Below are positions 10,395 to 20,988 of a stretch of DNA of 64,000 bases, one piece after another (position 1 is the stretch's first letter; every line of letters starts with the position of its first letter). A model generated the notes under the pieces. It worked only from the letters and a program-made list of their open reading frames with translations. It ran no database searches and was not told where the DNA came from. The position numbers and the translations under genes were made by a program. Where the stretch lies: assembly GCA_964482725.1 (NCBI GenBank), contig CAYZYT010000002.1, positions 74,437 to 138,436 on the forward strand. The letters run 5' to 3'. This DNA comes from an uncultured bacterium (lineage in GTDB: Bacteria > Omnitrophota > Omnitrophia > Omnitrophales > Aquincolibacteriaceae).

Positions 10395-11426
10395 CTACGC
10401 GCCCGCTGAGGGCATCGGATCGCCGGAGAGCGAAACCAAGCCCCCATCGGCTTCAAAAGCTGCCTCGTGAAGATTCCCATCCTTAGAGAGAAGCCGAACG
10501 TGCGAGCGGAGATCTGCTTGCTGGTGCGTTCTGAGTGCTGACAAAACGAATGGGGCTCCGCCCCGAAATGGAAGCTGGGCGAGAGGTTGACTCGACTCTG
10601 TCATCCCATCGACAGCATTCAGGAGGGCTGGGGCTCGGGGGGCGCCATTGTAGCGCCAATGCCAAGGCTCGTAGGTGATCCCCACCCCGACATTCTTGGG
10701 GTAGGACAGGACAAATCCAAAGCGAGAGGCATTTTTAAGAAGCCACGAATATTCCGGAAGAGCTTCGAATTCAGCGATGTTCTCCTCGCCATTAATGCCT
10801 GCGGCATTGATGAAGTCGACAGCCAAATATTCCGGATTGCCATGCTCGCTGTAGCCGGGCAAAGCGACCCACTTCGCGGTTTCCCGGATGGAATAATCAT
10901 GATTGCTAAGGTAAAAAATAAAGAGATAAAGCTGATGGGCGCTTGAGCGATACCCGGATTCCACAAAAAGCCGCTTTTCGATATCGCGTTCCATGGCACG
11001 CATCATGAATTGGTAATATTGATAGACCTGGGGACTCAGGAATTGAGGAGGCAGCTCTTTAACTTTCGCTTTCACGAGAAGCTTCTGCCCACTCAATCGC
11101 ACAAGATCTTTTTCTCCCTGAGAAAAACCCTGGAACGGGATCCGAACGCCGACCTCTCCAGCTTTGAGCTCGCGGAATGATCGGAGGAATTGCTTTTCGC
11201 GGGAGCTTAACGGAGATTCCAATTCGCTAAAAGTGAGCGAAGGAAGTTCGCCCTTTTTGTCCCTCTCGTTGATGAAAGGTTCAAGCTTTTCGACAAGGGC
11301 TTTGACTTCGGCGATATGCTCCGGAGTTAACCTCTCGACATTCAGTCCCCCTGCGGAATTGGGGGTGAAAGAAACACATCCCCCGATAAAAAACATAGCC
11401 AGGGCCAGAAAGATGTTTATAAGCAT
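10395..11426 (-). CDS. Lipoprotein D-Ala-D-Ala carboxypeptidase, M15B/VanY family
   Basis: SGYRS, ALPGYSEH, AVDF, YEPWHWRY; lipobox-like IGGC after likely start ATG 11426. Confidence 0.85.
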   Translation of the reverse strand: MLINIFLALAMFFIGGCVSFTPNSAGGLNVERLTPEHIAEVKALVEKLEPFINERDKKGELPSLTFSELESPLSSREKQFLRSFRELKAGEVGVRIPFQGFSQGEKDLVRLSGQKLLVKAKVKELPPQFLSPQVYQYYQFMMRAMERDIEKRLFVESGYRSSAHQLYLFIFYLSNHDYSIRETAKWVALPGYSEHGNPEYLAVDFINAAGINGEENIAEFEALPEYSWLLKNASRFGFVLSYPKNVGVGITYEPWHWRYNGAPRAPALLNAVDGMTESSQPLAQLPFRGGAPFVLSALRTHQQADLRSHVRLLSKDGNLHEAAFEADGGLVSLSGDPMPSAGA

Positions 11427-11433
11427 AGGGAGA

Positions 11434-12192
11434 TCAAAGCCGAACGGGAATACCTTTGGCCCGGAGAAAAGCCTTGGTCTCTGGGATGGTGTATTTTCCG
11501 AAGTGAAAGATAGAGGCCGCAAGGCAGGCATCGGCTTTGCCGGCATTAAAAGCATCATAGAGATGGTTCAAATTTCCGGCCCCCCCTGAAGCGATGACCG
11601 GGATACGGACTGATTCGGAAACTCGGCGAGTAAGTTCAAGATCATAGCCCTCCTTCGTACCATCGCAATCCATGCTGGTAAGAAGGATCTCCCCCGCTCC
11701 AAGTTTGGCGACTTTCTTTGCCCACTGAAGCGCATCCAGGCCTGTGCGGTTCCTGCCGCCGTGGGTATACACCCCCCAACGATCTTTAGCTTCACGCTTT
11801 GCATCGATCGCGACCACGATACATTGACTGCCGAATCGCTTGCTGGCTTCCAGAATAAACTTTGGATTTTTTATAGCGCTTGTGTTGATGGAAACCTTAT
11901 CACAACCGGTCGCAAGGAGCTCGCGGATATCCTGGACCTTATTGATGCCGCCGCCCACCGTGAACGGAATAAAGATCGTGGCGGCAACTTTTTCGGCCAC
12001 CTCGATCATGGTGCGTCGCTTTTCATGCGAGGCCGTGATATCGAGGAATACCAATTCATCGGCTTTTTGTTGGTCATAAGCCTGAGCACAGGAGACAGGA
12101 TCTCCCGCGTCTTTGAGTGAAACGAATTTGACGCCTTTGACGACCCTACCGCGGTCGATATCAAGACATGGGATGATACGTCGAGCGAACAT
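11434..12192 (-). CDS. hisF: Imidazole glycerol phosphate synthase cyclase subunit
   Basis: [33 protein letters not shown]. Confidence 0.98.
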   Translation of the reverse strand: MFARRIIPCLDIDRGRVVKGVKFVSLKDAGDPVSCAQAYDQQKADELVFLDITASHEKRRTMIEVAEKVAATIFIPFTVGGGINKVQDIRELLATGCDKVSINTSAIKNPKFILEASKRFGSQCIVVAIDAKREAKDRWGVYTHGGRNRTGLDALQWAKKVAKLGAGEILLTSMDCDGTKEGYDLELTRRVSESVRIPVIASGGAGNLNHLYDAFNAGKADACLAASIFHFGKYTIPETKAFLRAKGIPVRL

Positions 12193-12195
12193 AGA

Positions 12196-12600
12196 CTAAA
12201 GGGTCATCTGGTTGTTTTCAAGCTGCTTAAGAACGAAGATCACGGAAGTTCCGAACGCGATCAAGTGAGAAATGATCGCAAAAAGAATGGCTAAGACGAT
12301 CAAGAAAACCATCCCAACCTCATAGAGCGACGCCTGTTTAAAGTTCGCAGTTTGCCAAAAAAAGATCAAGATCAGAAATGAGACGATGAAAAGAATCCAT
12401 CCCGAAAGACACTTTTTCATGTAGACCTTTTTGATTTCATGATACCACTTGGAGGTGAGCGATTGAGCACGCTTAATAAGGGGGTGAAGAAAAAAACTTC
12501 TCGCCAAAAGGAAAACGAGGAGATACCCGATGCCGATCACGGTCCAGGACCAGGCGCGCTGTGTAAGGACCATATTCCAGAGGGTCGTGAGGTTTTCCAT
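12196..12600 (-). CDS. Hypothetical membrane protein (about 3 TM helices)
   Basis: Hydrophobic segments; tightly packed between hisA and hisF; GGAG upstream. Confidence 0.7.
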   Translation of the reverse strand: MENLTTLWNMVLTQRAWSWTVIGIGYLLVFLLARSFFLHPLIKRAQSLTSKWYHEIKKVYMKKCLSGWILFIVSFLILIFFWQTANFKQASLYEVGMVFLIVLAILFAIISHLIAFGTSVIFVLKQLENNQMTL

Positions 12601-12618
12601 AAGATCTTTTTCTCCCTT

Positions 12619-13338
12619 TTATGCCGTGAGCCGCACGGCCGCGGACAACCGAAAGCGTTTGTCGTAAAGAGCCTTGCCAATGATCACGCCTTCAAAGTTG
12701 GGCGCTCGGATCGATCGACATTTTTCGATATCAGAAATTTGGCTAATACCGCCTGACAAAATGACCCGCGCCTGGGTATGCGCGAGAACCATGGAAAGTT
12801 TTTCCCAGTTGGGGCCTTGCAAAACGCCATCCTTTTCGATGTCCGTATAGATCAGGGTTGAGACGCTGAGTTGATCAAAAAGCTTTAAGGCCTCCGGGAG
12901 GGTAATATCCCCATCACGGAGCCAACCCGCCGTCTTGACCTGATCGTGGCGAACATCCAGCCCCACGGCAATCTTTTCTTTGAATTTTAAGAGGACTTTT
13001 TCCAGAAAGTCCCTGTCGAGCGCCTTGGTGCCGAGCACGACGCGCGAGACGCCCAAGGCGAGCACTTTTTCAATATCTTCGATCCGGCGCAACCCTCCGC
13101 CGAATTGGATCTTTGCATTAACATTGTGACATATCGCGGCGAGCGAAGCATCGTTGGTAAGCGTTCCGGTTTTGGCGCCTTCGAGGTCCACAACGTGGAT
13201 CCACCGAGCGCCTTCCTGTTCCCAACCTTTCGCGGTCGCAGCAGGATCCGTGGAATAAATGACGCAGGCATTATAATCCCCACGGGTGAGACGCACCACT
13301 TTACCTTCAAAAAGATCGATCGCCGGATAGAGGTTCAT
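12619..13338 (-). CDS. hisA: ProFAR isomerase HisA
   Basis: YPAIDL, HVVDL, QFGGGLR, YTDI..DG, SGGI; start set at ATG 13338. Confidence 0.96.
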   Translation of the reverse strand: MNLYPAIDLFEGKVVRLTRGDYNACVIYSTDPAATAKGWEQEGARWIHVVDLEGAKTGTLTNDASLAAICHNVNAKIQFGGGLRRIEDIEKVLALGVSRVVLGTKALDRDFLEKVLLKFKEKIAVGLDVRHDQVKTAGWLRDGDITLPEALKLFDQLSVSTLIYTDIEKDGVLQGPNWEKLSMVLAHTQARVILSGGISQISDIEKCRSIRAPNFEGVIIGKALYDKRFRLSAAVRLTA

Positions 13339-13342
13339 AGAG

Positions 13343-13948
13343 TTACCATCGGATGAAATTTTTAAGAATACGCAGACCAGCATCCTGGCTTTTTTCAGGA
13401 TGGAATTGCGTCGCAAAAACATGTTCGTTGCCGATCACGGCGGAAAAATCTTCCCGCCCGTATTTGCAGGAAGCCAAAGTCAGGTTTTTAGCGGCAGGCT
13501 TTCCATAGAATGAATGCACAAAATAGAAATACTCCCCGCCCAAAACGCCTTCAAGAACAGGATGCTTTTTAAGAACGTTGAGATCATTCCATCCCATATG
13601 CGGGATCTTGACGCCTCGAGAGTGGAATTTTTGGACCGTTCCCTTAAAGACCCCGAGCCCTTTGGCGCGGGGGCTCTCTTCACTTTTTTCAAACAAAAGC
13701 TGCAAACCCAGGCAAACACCCATGAGCTTGGTTTTGCGCGCAACAAGCTCTCCGATCGGGCCTATAAAGCCACGAGACCTCAGCTCTTTCATGGCATCGC
13801 CAAACGCACCGACTCCGGGCAGGATCACTTTTGTGGCGCGAGCGAGGTCCGTTCCATTGGAGCAAAGTTTGTAGGAAGCTCCCAGATATTCCAGAGCTTT
13901 AGAGACACTGCGCAGATTGCCCATGCCGTAGTCGATAATGGCGATCAT
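13343..13948 (-). CDS. hisH: Imidazole glycerol phosphate synthase amidotransferase
   Basis: DYGMGNLRSV, PGVGAF, GVCLGLQ, PHMGWN, QFHPEKS. Confidence 0.98.
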   Translation of the reverse strand: MIAIIDYGMGNLRSVSKALEYLGASYKLCSNGTDLARATKVILPGVGAFGDAMKELRSRGFIGPIGELVARKTKLMGVCLGLQLLFEKSEESPRAKGLGVFKGTVQKFHSRGVKIPHMGWNDLNVLKKHPVLEGVLGGEYFYFVHSFYGKPAAKNLTLASCKYGREDFSAVIGNEHVFATQFHPEKSQDAGLRILKNFIRW

Positions 13949-13958
13949 TTTAAAAATT

Positions 13959-14032
13959 CCGGGGAACGGTTAACGGAAAATGGTAAACAGAACCTGAGGC
14001 TTTTCTTTTCGAGGATCGCTCCCCGCTCCACG
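13959..14032. repeat. Intergenic heptamer element (GGAACGG/TTAACGG ... CGCTCCC/CGCTCCA)
   Basis: Same 7-mer family as inside the giant gene. Confidence 0.5.
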
Positions 14033-14035
14033 TCA

Positions 14036-14632
14036 TTACAACGTTCCCTTGGTTGACGGAATCCCGCGAACGCGGGAATCCACGCAGGTCGCCATGTCCA
14101 GAGTCTTCGCGATCCCCTTGAATATGCCTTCAATGATGTGGTGCGTGTCATCCCCGGCAAGTACGCCGATGTGCATATTGATGCCCGCGTGCTGGCAGAA
14201 GGAGCGTAGAAAATCAACGGCATCCTCGAACGAATACTTCGGCTGGCGGGATAGGCGGACGCCTTTGGCTTTTGTCACGTAAAGTGACGGCCGCCCAGAA
14301 ATATCCAATGTCACCCGGATGAGGGCCTCATCCATCGGTACGGCAAAAGAACCGTATCGGCGTATACCTTTTTTATCCCCAAGGGCTTTCGCAAGAGCTT
14401 GACCGAGAGCGATCCCGATGTCCTCATTCGTGTGATGGATATCGACTTCCAGATCCCCACGCGCTTTAAGTTTGAGGTCGAAAAGTCCGTGTTTTGCGAG
14501 AAGCGTCAGCATGTGATCGAGGAACGGAATCAGGGTATCAATATTTGACGATCCTTTTCCGTCGACTGCCAATTCGATTTTGATGTCAGTTTCGGAAGTC
14601 TTGCGCCTGATCGTGGCCGTTCGGGCTCTCAT
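14036..14632 (-). CDS. hisB: Imidazoleglycerol-phosphate dehydratase
   Basis: FLDHML, DIHHTNED, PMDEAL, HHIIE, IPSTKG; ATG 14632 overlaps the hisD stop. Confidence 0.97.
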   Translation of the reverse strand: MRARTATIRRKTSETDIKIELAVDGKGSSNIDTLIPFLDHMLTLLAKHGLFDLKLKARGDLEVDIHHTNEDIGIALGQALAKALGDKKGIRRYGSFAVPMDEALIRVTLDISGRPSLYVTKAKGVRLSRQPKYSFEDAVDFLRSFCQHAGINMHIGVLAGDDTHHIIEGIFKGIAKTLDMATCVDSRVRGIPSTKGTL

Positions 14633-15891
14633 GATTTGGACTCCTTTTCCGGTTCTACGTTCTTCTTGATGAGGCGCGCTTCCAAAGAGATCCTGTGCAG
14701 GAAAAGGCCTTCCATGTCCGTCAATTTTTGGACATGCTCTTTTGCGGCCTCCAACGCCTCCGGCGTATAACGAATGATCTGAGAGCTCTTGATGAAAGTC
14801 GAGGCGCTCAAGGGCGAAAAATAGCGCGCAGTCCCCCCCGTCGGAAGCACATGACTGGGCCCCGCGATATAATCCCCGATCACGGTCGGAGAGTAGGGTC
14901 CGAGAAATATCGCCCCGGCGTGACGGATCGACTGAGCTACTTTTTCGGGATCTTCGGTCATGATCTCCAAGTGTTCCGCCGCGATCTCGTTGCAGACTTC
15001 GCAACCCTCGGCCACGGATTTGACCTGGATGATGATGCCGGAGTCCACGCGTTTTCGCATGACTTCGACTAGTTTTTTGGAATTTGTGACCAAATATCCC
15101 ATGCCGCCGTGATGCTCGGTCTGGGCAAGAAGATCGCAGGTAACAAAATCCGGATTGGCAGTCGCGTCGGCAAGAATGGCAACCTCGCTTGGGCCGGCCA
15201 CCATGTCTATATCCACAAAGCCATAAACCTGGCGCTTGGCTTCCGTGACATAAGCGTTACCGGGGCCGACGATCTTGTCGACTTTGGGAATCGTTTTGGT
15301 GCCGAACGCAAGCCCGCCGATAGCTTGAACACCCCCCACGCGATAAATTTCATTCACGCCTAAGAGATTGGCAACAGCCAGAATATGCGGATCAATATCG
15401 CCGGTGTCCCTGCGCGGTGGCGTAGCAATGGCGATGTGCTTTACGCCCGCGACCTTCGCGGGGATAACAGTCATGTAAACGGTCGAGACCAGGGGTGCTG
15501 TCCCCGCAGGGATATAGATGCCCACCCGATCAAGCGGTTCATAGCGTTTGCCAAGATGAACGCCATTCGGGCCCTTGATCTCAAAAGATTTCTTCAACTC
15601 TTTTTCGTAATATTCGCGGACATTCTCTGTGATCTGTTTGAGTAGCGGGACGAACTGAACCTGGATCTTCTCAAACGCACGGTTGATATCCCCTTGGGTA
15701 ACGGCAAGTCGCTTGAGCGGAAGGTCGATCCCGTCGAATTCCCGGGTATAGCGGCGAAGCGCCGTATCTCCGGACTGACGAACTTCGGAAAGAATGCGGC
15801 TGACCTTTTTAAAGATCGTCGCATCGAAGAACGTGGCGTAGTCACGCCTTATCTTTTTCTGTGTTTGTTTATCCCAGTTCAGTACTTGCAT
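14629..15891 (-). CDS. hisD: Histidinol dehydrogenase
   Basis: KIVGPGN, DMVAGPSE, EHLE, GDYIAGPSHVLPTGG. Confidence 0.97.
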   Translation of the reverse strand: MQVLNWDKQTQKKIRRDYATFFDATIFKKVSRILSEVRQSGDTALRRYTREFDGIDLPLKRLAVTQGDINRAFEKIQVQFVPLLKQITENVREYYEKELKKSFEIKGPNGVHLGKRYEPLDRVGIYIPAGTAPLVSTVYMTVIPAKVAGVKHIAIATPPRRDTGDIDPHILAVANLLGVNEIYRVGGVQAIGGLAFGTKTIPKVDKIVGPGNAYVTEAKRQVYGFVDIDMVAGPSEVAILADATANPDFVTCDLLAQTEHHGGMGYLVTNSKKLVEVMRKRVDSGIIIQVKSVAEGCEVCNEIAAEHLEIMTEDPEKVAQSIRHAGAIFLGPYSPTVIGDYIAGPSHVLPTGGTARYFSPLSASTFIKSSQIIRYTPEALEAAKEHVQKLTDMEGLFLHRISLEARLIKKNVEPEKESKS

Positions 15892-15893
15892 GA

Positions 15894-18512
15894 TTATATT
15901 CCCTTTTCCACAACATAGGCGGAAACGACTTCCTGAACTTTGACCTTGGCAGTCGCGAATTGTCCCTCGTCGGGCCCGCCCGCCTGAACAAGATCCAAAC
16001 GCCCGCCACCACTCACATGAAGCAATGGGGATAGCCTACCAAAAAGGTCCTTCATGTCCAAGGGCGTTTTCTGGAGATCGGCACTGCGCCCCACGATCAC
16101 GTGAAGTTTCCCCTCCTGAGCGGTGGCGATCACAAAGACAAGTTTCTGTTCCTCTTCCCGAAGCCGGTTTGAAAGATCACGCAGCGCGGGGATCCCGGCA
16201 TGTTCCAACATCGCGACCAGGACCCTGCATGACCCGGCGTTCGTGGCGCTCCCCAGGATCGTCTTTATATCCAAGGAATTCGCGGAAGCTTGCGCCCCGA
16301 TCTTTTTCTGGGCCTTCAGATTTTCCATAAGTTTGGCGAGGCGAGCCGGAATATCCGCAGCTCCAACCTTAAGCGTTTTGGAGATCGAGGAAATCTGATC
16401 CTGCAAGTTGCGGACATAGTGCAGGGCATGCGTTCCGGTAACGGCTTCAATACGGCGGACGCCGCTCGCTACCGAAGATTCCAAGGTGATGATCAACATG
16501 CCGATCTGCCCCGTACGATCGCAGTGAGTTCCGCCACAGAGCTCTTTACTGAATTCCGAGATAGTGATCATACGAACCTTATCCCCGTATTTGTCGCCAA
16601 AAAAAGCCAAAGCGCCTTCTTTTTTGGCACTTTCCAAATTTTTAGATTCTTTCTGGACCGGACGATCGCTCAGGATCTGATCATTAGCCGCTTGCTCGAT
16701 CTCGCGAAGTTCCTCCGGGGTTAACCCGCGTCCAAAGGAAAAGTCAAAACGCAACCGATCGGGCGCTACGAGCGAACCGAGTTGGCGAACAGAACTCCCA
16801 AGCGTGGTCCGTAGCGCGGCATGCAAAAGATGAGTGGCTGTGTGATTGCGCATGATATTCATGCGAAGAGCACCCTCCACAACGGCGTTCACCTCGACGC
16901 CGTCATGAACGGATCCTTGAAGGACCTCCACGTGATGTAAAAAATATTTGTCGAGTTTCTTTGTGTCGACTACTTTGAGTTTGAGCCCGTCTCCGTCGAT
17001 GACGCCTTGATCGCCAACCTGTCCGCCGCTTTCCGCATAAAAAGGCGTTTGATCGAGGATGACCTTCGCTAACCGCCCTTCGCTCTGATGCCAAAGGATC
17101 TTGGCTTTTGTTTGCAGGGAGTCATACCCTAAGAATACTGTGGCCGGAATATGGGGCGGGATCTTGTCCAGGCCTGATGAGGCGAAGATCTCAGCGGAGA
17201 TTTTACTACCTTCCTTGGATCGTGCCCGTTGATCCTCCATGAGCTTTTCAAATCCTTTATGGTCGATCGCAAATCCTTCTGACTCTGCGATGCCGCGCGT
17301 CAATTCCTCCGGGAATCCAAAAGTATCATAAAGCTCGAATACGGTTTCAGCCGGGACCGTCTCCAATCTATCTTTTTTATAACTTGTAAGTTGCATTCTC
17401 AGAATGCGAAGCCCCTCTTCCAACGTTCGAAGAAAGCGTTCCTCTTCTTGCGAAAGAACCGTTCGGATATTTTCTTCCGCCTCTTGAAGCTCGGGGTAAG
17501 CCCCCCCCATAACTTTGACGACCGCTGAAACAGCCTTAAAGAGAAAGGGCTTGGCGAGTTTTTGTTCGGGCATCAATTGATGCGCCTGCCAGATCGCGCG
17601 GCGGATCAATTTCCGGATCACATACCCGCGGCCTTCGTTCGATGGGACAACACCATCGGCAATGGAGAAAACGGCTGCACGCAAATGATCCGAGATCGTG
17701 TAGAGCTGTTGGGTCTTCACTTTTTCGGGATCGAGCCCAAGCGAGTGAAGAATGGCCTCGTGGATCGGTAGAAAAATATCGATCTCAAAATTGGAGGCTT
17801 TTCCCTGAAGAACACACGCGAGACGTTCCAATCCCATCCCTGTATCAATGTTTTTATTCGCCAGAGGAACAAGCTTGCCGCCGTCTTGGCGGTCGTACTG
17901 CGTAAAAACAAGATTCCAGATCTCCGCGAACTTTCCGGAATCATCGATCGGTGTCCCCTGGATATGCGGGTTCTGATCGAAATAGATCTCAGAGCAGGGA
18001 CCGCAAGGACCGTTCGGGCCGTCTTTGGGCGCGTTCGCCGGCCAGAAGTTTGATTTATCGCCGCAAAGATAGATCCTGTCTTTGGGAAGACCGACCACTT
18101 TGTGCCATATCTCAAAGGCTTCCGTGTCACTCTCGTGGACCGTGATGCGCAGGCGTTCTTCGGGAATCGACAGTTCTTGGGTCAGGAATTCCCAGGCCCA
18201 GGCGATTGCTTCTTTTTTGAAGTAATCGCCGAATGAGAAATTGCCCAGCATTTCGAAAAACGAGTGGTGGAAAGGTGTCCGGCCCACCTCGTCAAGATCG
18301 CCCGTCCTAAGGCATTTTTGGCTCGTTGTGGCCCTTTTAAGGTCCTTCTTGACTCCCAGGAAGTATTCCTTGAATTGATTCATCCCCGCCCCTGTAAAGA
18401 GCAAGGAGGGGTCATTTTGGGGTACCAAGGAATCGCTTGCGACAATGGAGTGCCCTTTGGATTTAAAGAATTCAAGGTAGGCTTTTCGCAGATCGTTTGT
18501 GGCCGTCTTCAT
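15894..18512 (-). CDS. alaS: Alanine--tRNA ligase
   Basis: AGMNQFK, FEMLGNFSFGDYFK, NHTATHLLH, ELCGGTH. Confidence 0.99.
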   Translation of the reverse strand: MKTATNDLRKAYLEFFKSKGHSIVASDSLVPQNDPSLLFTGAGMNQFKEYFLGVKKDLKRATTSQKCLRTGDLDEVGRTPFHHSFFEMLGNFSFGDYFKKEAIAWAWEFLTQELSIPEERLRITVHESDTEAFEIWHKVVGLPKDRIYLCGDKSNFWPANAPKDGPNGPCGPCSEIYFDQNPHIQGTPIDDSGKFAEIWNLVFTQYDRQDGGKLVPLANKNIDTGMGLERLACVLQGKASNFEIDIFLPIHEAILHSLGLDPEKVKTQQLYTISDHLRAAVFSIADGVVPSNEGRGYVIRKLIRRAIWQAHQLMPEQKLAKPFLFKAVSAVVKVMGGAYPELQEAEENIRTVLSQEEERFLRTLEEGLRILRMQLTSYKKDRLETVPAETVFELYDTFGFPEELTRGIAESEGFAIDHKGFEKLMEDQRARSKEGSKISAEIFASSGLDKIPPHIPATVFLGYDSLQTKAKILWHQSEGRLAKVILDQTPFYAESGGQVGDQGVIDGDGLKLKVVDTKKLDKYFLHHVEVLQGSVHDGVEVNAVVEGALRMNIMRNHTATHLLHAALRTTLGSSVRQLGSLVAPDRLRFDFSFGRGLTPEELREIEQAANDQILSDRPVQKESKNLESAKKEGALAFFGDKYGDKVRMITISEFSKELCGGTHCDRTGQIGMLIITLESSVASGVRRIEAVTGTHALHYVRNLQDQISSISKTLKVGAADIPARLAKLMENLKAQKKIGAQASANSLDIKTILGSATNAGSCRVLVAMLEHAGIPALRDLSNRLREEEQKLVFVIATAQEGKLHVIVGRSADLQKTPLDMKDLFGRLSPLLHVSGGGRLDLVQAGGPDEGQFATAKVKVQEVVSAYVVEKGI

Positions 18513-18518
18513 AAAGCG

Positions 18519-19016
18519 TCAGATCTCATCGTCCGAGGGTTCCTTCGAAAGTCTCTGAAGGATATCCTGGGCGATCTGAAAATCGTATCCTTTCCGTATT
18601 AGAAAATCATAAAGGCGTTTCTTGCGCTTTTGAGGATCCAAGGGAGACCAACCCGCCCACTTCATTCGGGCCAGTTCAAGAGCACGCTCCGTCTCATCCT
18701 CACTTGACAGCGTCTCCAGCAGCTCGTCGCTAATTTTTTTTGAGATGCCGTGGCGTTTCAATTCAAACGCGATTCTATGAGAGCCGACCCCTTTGCCAAG
18801 CGTGAGCCGGGACATCAAGTCTTTGGCAAACGCTGTGTCATCCAGGATGCCTTGCGTTCTAAGATCATGAATCGCTCGATCGATGATCTCGGCAGAAAAT
18901 CCTTTGGCCACCAGTTTTTTTCTCAACTCCTGACCACTTTTGGGACTGGCGGCAAGCAGCCTCAAGCAGGTGATAAGCGCTTGCTTGGTCTGTTCGTCTC
19001 CTAGAGTTTTATCCAT
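18519..19016 (-). CDS. recX: Regulatory protein RecX
   Basis: ELRKKL..KG, LDD..FA, ELKRHGI, FLIRKGY; directly downstream of recA. Confidence 0.9.
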   Translation of the reverse strand: MDKTLGDEQTKQALITCLRLLAASPKSGQELRKKLVAKGFSAEIIDRAIHDLRTQGILDDTAFAKDLMSRLTLGKGVGSHRIAFELKRHGISKKISDELLETLSSEDETERALELARMKWAGWSPLDPQKRKKRLYDFLIRKGYDFQIAQDILQRLSKEPSDDEI

Positions 19017-19157
19017 AGCCCCAAGCCCGCTCAATCGGGACAAAGCTGAGATTGACGCTTTCCTTGCCCCAACCTTTTTAAAATTAACGGCCGGTTGGGA
19101 TTACGCGAAACACCAATCATCTTTTTTGAGATCAGCCTTGTCAGCCGATCGAAAGGA

Positions 19158-20231
19158 TTATTCTGCGGCCGTAACGACGAGCGCGCTCTCCCCGGCGGCA
19201 ACTTTCTCCAGGATCTTCAGCTCGATCTCTTCAAGAAGCTTCAGGTTCTCTTTCTCCTTCAGAAAAAGGCGTGCCACATCCTTCCCTTGACCGAGTTTGT
19301 GATCGTTATAGGAAAGCCAGGTCCCGGACTTGTCGATCACCTGAAATTGAATGCCGAGCTCCAGGACGTTCGCCGAGCGTGAAATACCTTCGTCGAACAG
19401 GATGTCAAATTCTGCCTGGCGAAAAGGGGCCGCGACCTTATTCTTGACAACTTTTACGCGGACCCGATTTCCTACAACCGCATCGCCTTTTTTCAAGGAA
19501 GCGATCCTTCGGATATCCAGGCGCATGGAGGCGTAAAATTTGAGCGCTTTGCCGCCAGGCGTGGTCTCAGGATTTCCAAACATGACGCCAATCTTTTCGC
19601 GAAGCTGATTGATAAAAACGATGCAAGTCTTAGACTTGCTAATAATGGCAGTGAGCTTACGCATGGCCTGCGACATCAAGCGTGCTTGCAGGCCCATTTG
19701 CGCCTGTCCCATTTCACCTTCGATCTCCGCGCGCGGAACGAGTGCTGCCACCGAATCCACAATAATAAGATCCACGGCATTCGAGCGAACGAGCATCTCT
19801 GCGATCTGAAGCGCCTGCTCACCGGAATCAGGCTGCGAGATCAAAAGCTCATCCACCTTCACTCCGATCTTCTGAGCGTATTGCGGGTCCAAGGCATGCT
19901 CCGCATCAATAAAGGCCGCAACCCCGCCGGTTGATTGAAGGCGAGCGATGATATTTAAGGTGAGCGTGGTTTTGCCGCTCGATTCCGGGCCAAAGATCTC
20001 TACGATGCGACCGCGCGGGATGCCGCCAATCCCGGTTGCGATATCAAGTCCCAGGGCTCCCGTGGCGAGTGCGGCAACATTTTCATGATGCTGATCGCCG
20101 AGCTTCATAATGGAGCCTTTGCCGAACTGTTTTTCGATCTGCTGCAGCGTAAGTTCGAGGGCTTTTTGTTTGTCCGTGGATCTCTTGGCTTCCGGGGCAA
20201 CAACTTTTTCTGATTTTTTCCGTTCGCTCAT
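19158..20231 (-). CDS. recA: Recombinase RecA
   Basis: [31 protein letters not shown]. Confidence 0.99.
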   Translation of the reverse strand: MSERKKSEKVVAPEAKRSTDKQKALELTLQQIEKQFGKGSIMKLGDQHHENVAALATGALGLDIATGIGGIPRGRIVEIFGPESSGKTTLTLNIIARLQSTGGVAAFIDAEHALDPQYAQKIGVKVDELLISQPDSGEQALQIAEMLVRSNAVDLIIVDSVAALVPRAEIEGEMGQAQMGLQARLMSQAMRKLTAIISKSKTCIVFINQLREKIGVMFGNPETTPGGKALKFYASMRLDIRRIASLKKGDAVVGNRVRVKVVKNKVAAPFRQAEFDILFDEGISRSANVLELGIQFQVIDKSGTWLSYNDHKLGQGKDVARLFLKEKENLKLLEEIELKILEKVAAGESALVVTAAE

Positions 20232-20340
20232 AATTTTTCTCCTTTAGAAAAACGTAGGTTTTAAAATTCTATCGGCCAACCCCCTGTCTGTAAAGACAAT
20301 TCAGGGAAAGACCCCCCTATAGGATATTACTATTACGGAA

Positions 20341-20368
20341 ACAATATATGATTTTATTTAATTGTCAA
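20341..20368 (-). promoter_or_regulatory. Putative sigma70 promoter of recA
   Basis: TTGACA-N16-TATTGT in AT-rich context. Confidence 0.55.
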
Positions 20369-20376
20369 GGACTTGC

Positions 20377-20988
20377 TCAAAAAAGCTTCTTTTCGGCTCC
20401 CTGACGAAGACGCTGGATGTTAGCGCGGTGGGTGTAAATAATAAAAGCCATGAGAAGAAGGCTGATAGGCAGGAGGAATTTGAACCCTGGGGTTCCTGCA
20501 TAACGCCAGGTGATCATGATCGGGAAGACCACCGCGGCCGCAAGTGAGGAGATTGAGATGATGTGGGTGATCCCAAAACAGAGGATCCAGAGACCGAATG
20601 TGATAAGGGTGGGCACCCAAGCAATCGCCAGAAACACCCCTAACGAAGTGGCCACACCTTTTCCGCCTTTAAACTTGAGCCAGACCGGAAAGCTATGCCC
20701 CAGGATCGCGCTCACACCCAGGAGCAGCTGGAACGGGAGACCCAGACTTTGGCCAAAAAACACCGGAAGAACACAGGCGACATAACCTTTGAGGGCATCC
20801 AGCAGAAGGATCGCAATCCCCCACTTTTTCCCCACCACCCGGAATACATTGGTCGCACCAATGTTCTTACTGCCATGCTCCCGGATATCAAGCCCCTTCA
20901 CCCTGAAGCCAGCCAAGAGACCGAAGGGAACCGAGCCCAAGAGGTAAGCTGCAAGGATAAAGAGAGCCGACAAAAGAAAGTGGCTCAT
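20377..20988 (-). CDS. plsY: Glycerol-3-phosphate acyltransferase PlsY
   Basis: YLLGS, GSKNIGATN, GH.FP...FKGGKGVAT, HRANI.RL; start ATG 20988. Confidence 0.96.
   Translation of the reverse strand: MSHFLLSALFILAAYLLGSVPFGLLAGFRVKGLDIREHGSKNIGATNVFRVVGKKWGIAILLLDALKGYVACVLPVFFGQSLGLPFQLLLGVSAILGHSFPVWLKFKGGKGVATSLGVFLAIAWVPTLITFGLWILCFGITHIISISSLAAAVVFPIMITWRYAGTPGFKFLLPISLLLMAFIIYTHRANIQRLRQGAEKKLF

Noticed and set aside
14058-14082. ATCCCGCGAACGCGGGAATCCA hairpin resembling the family A core
   Set aside because: It encodes the normal HisB C-terminus (DSRVRGIPSTKG) with no extra length; probably coincidental
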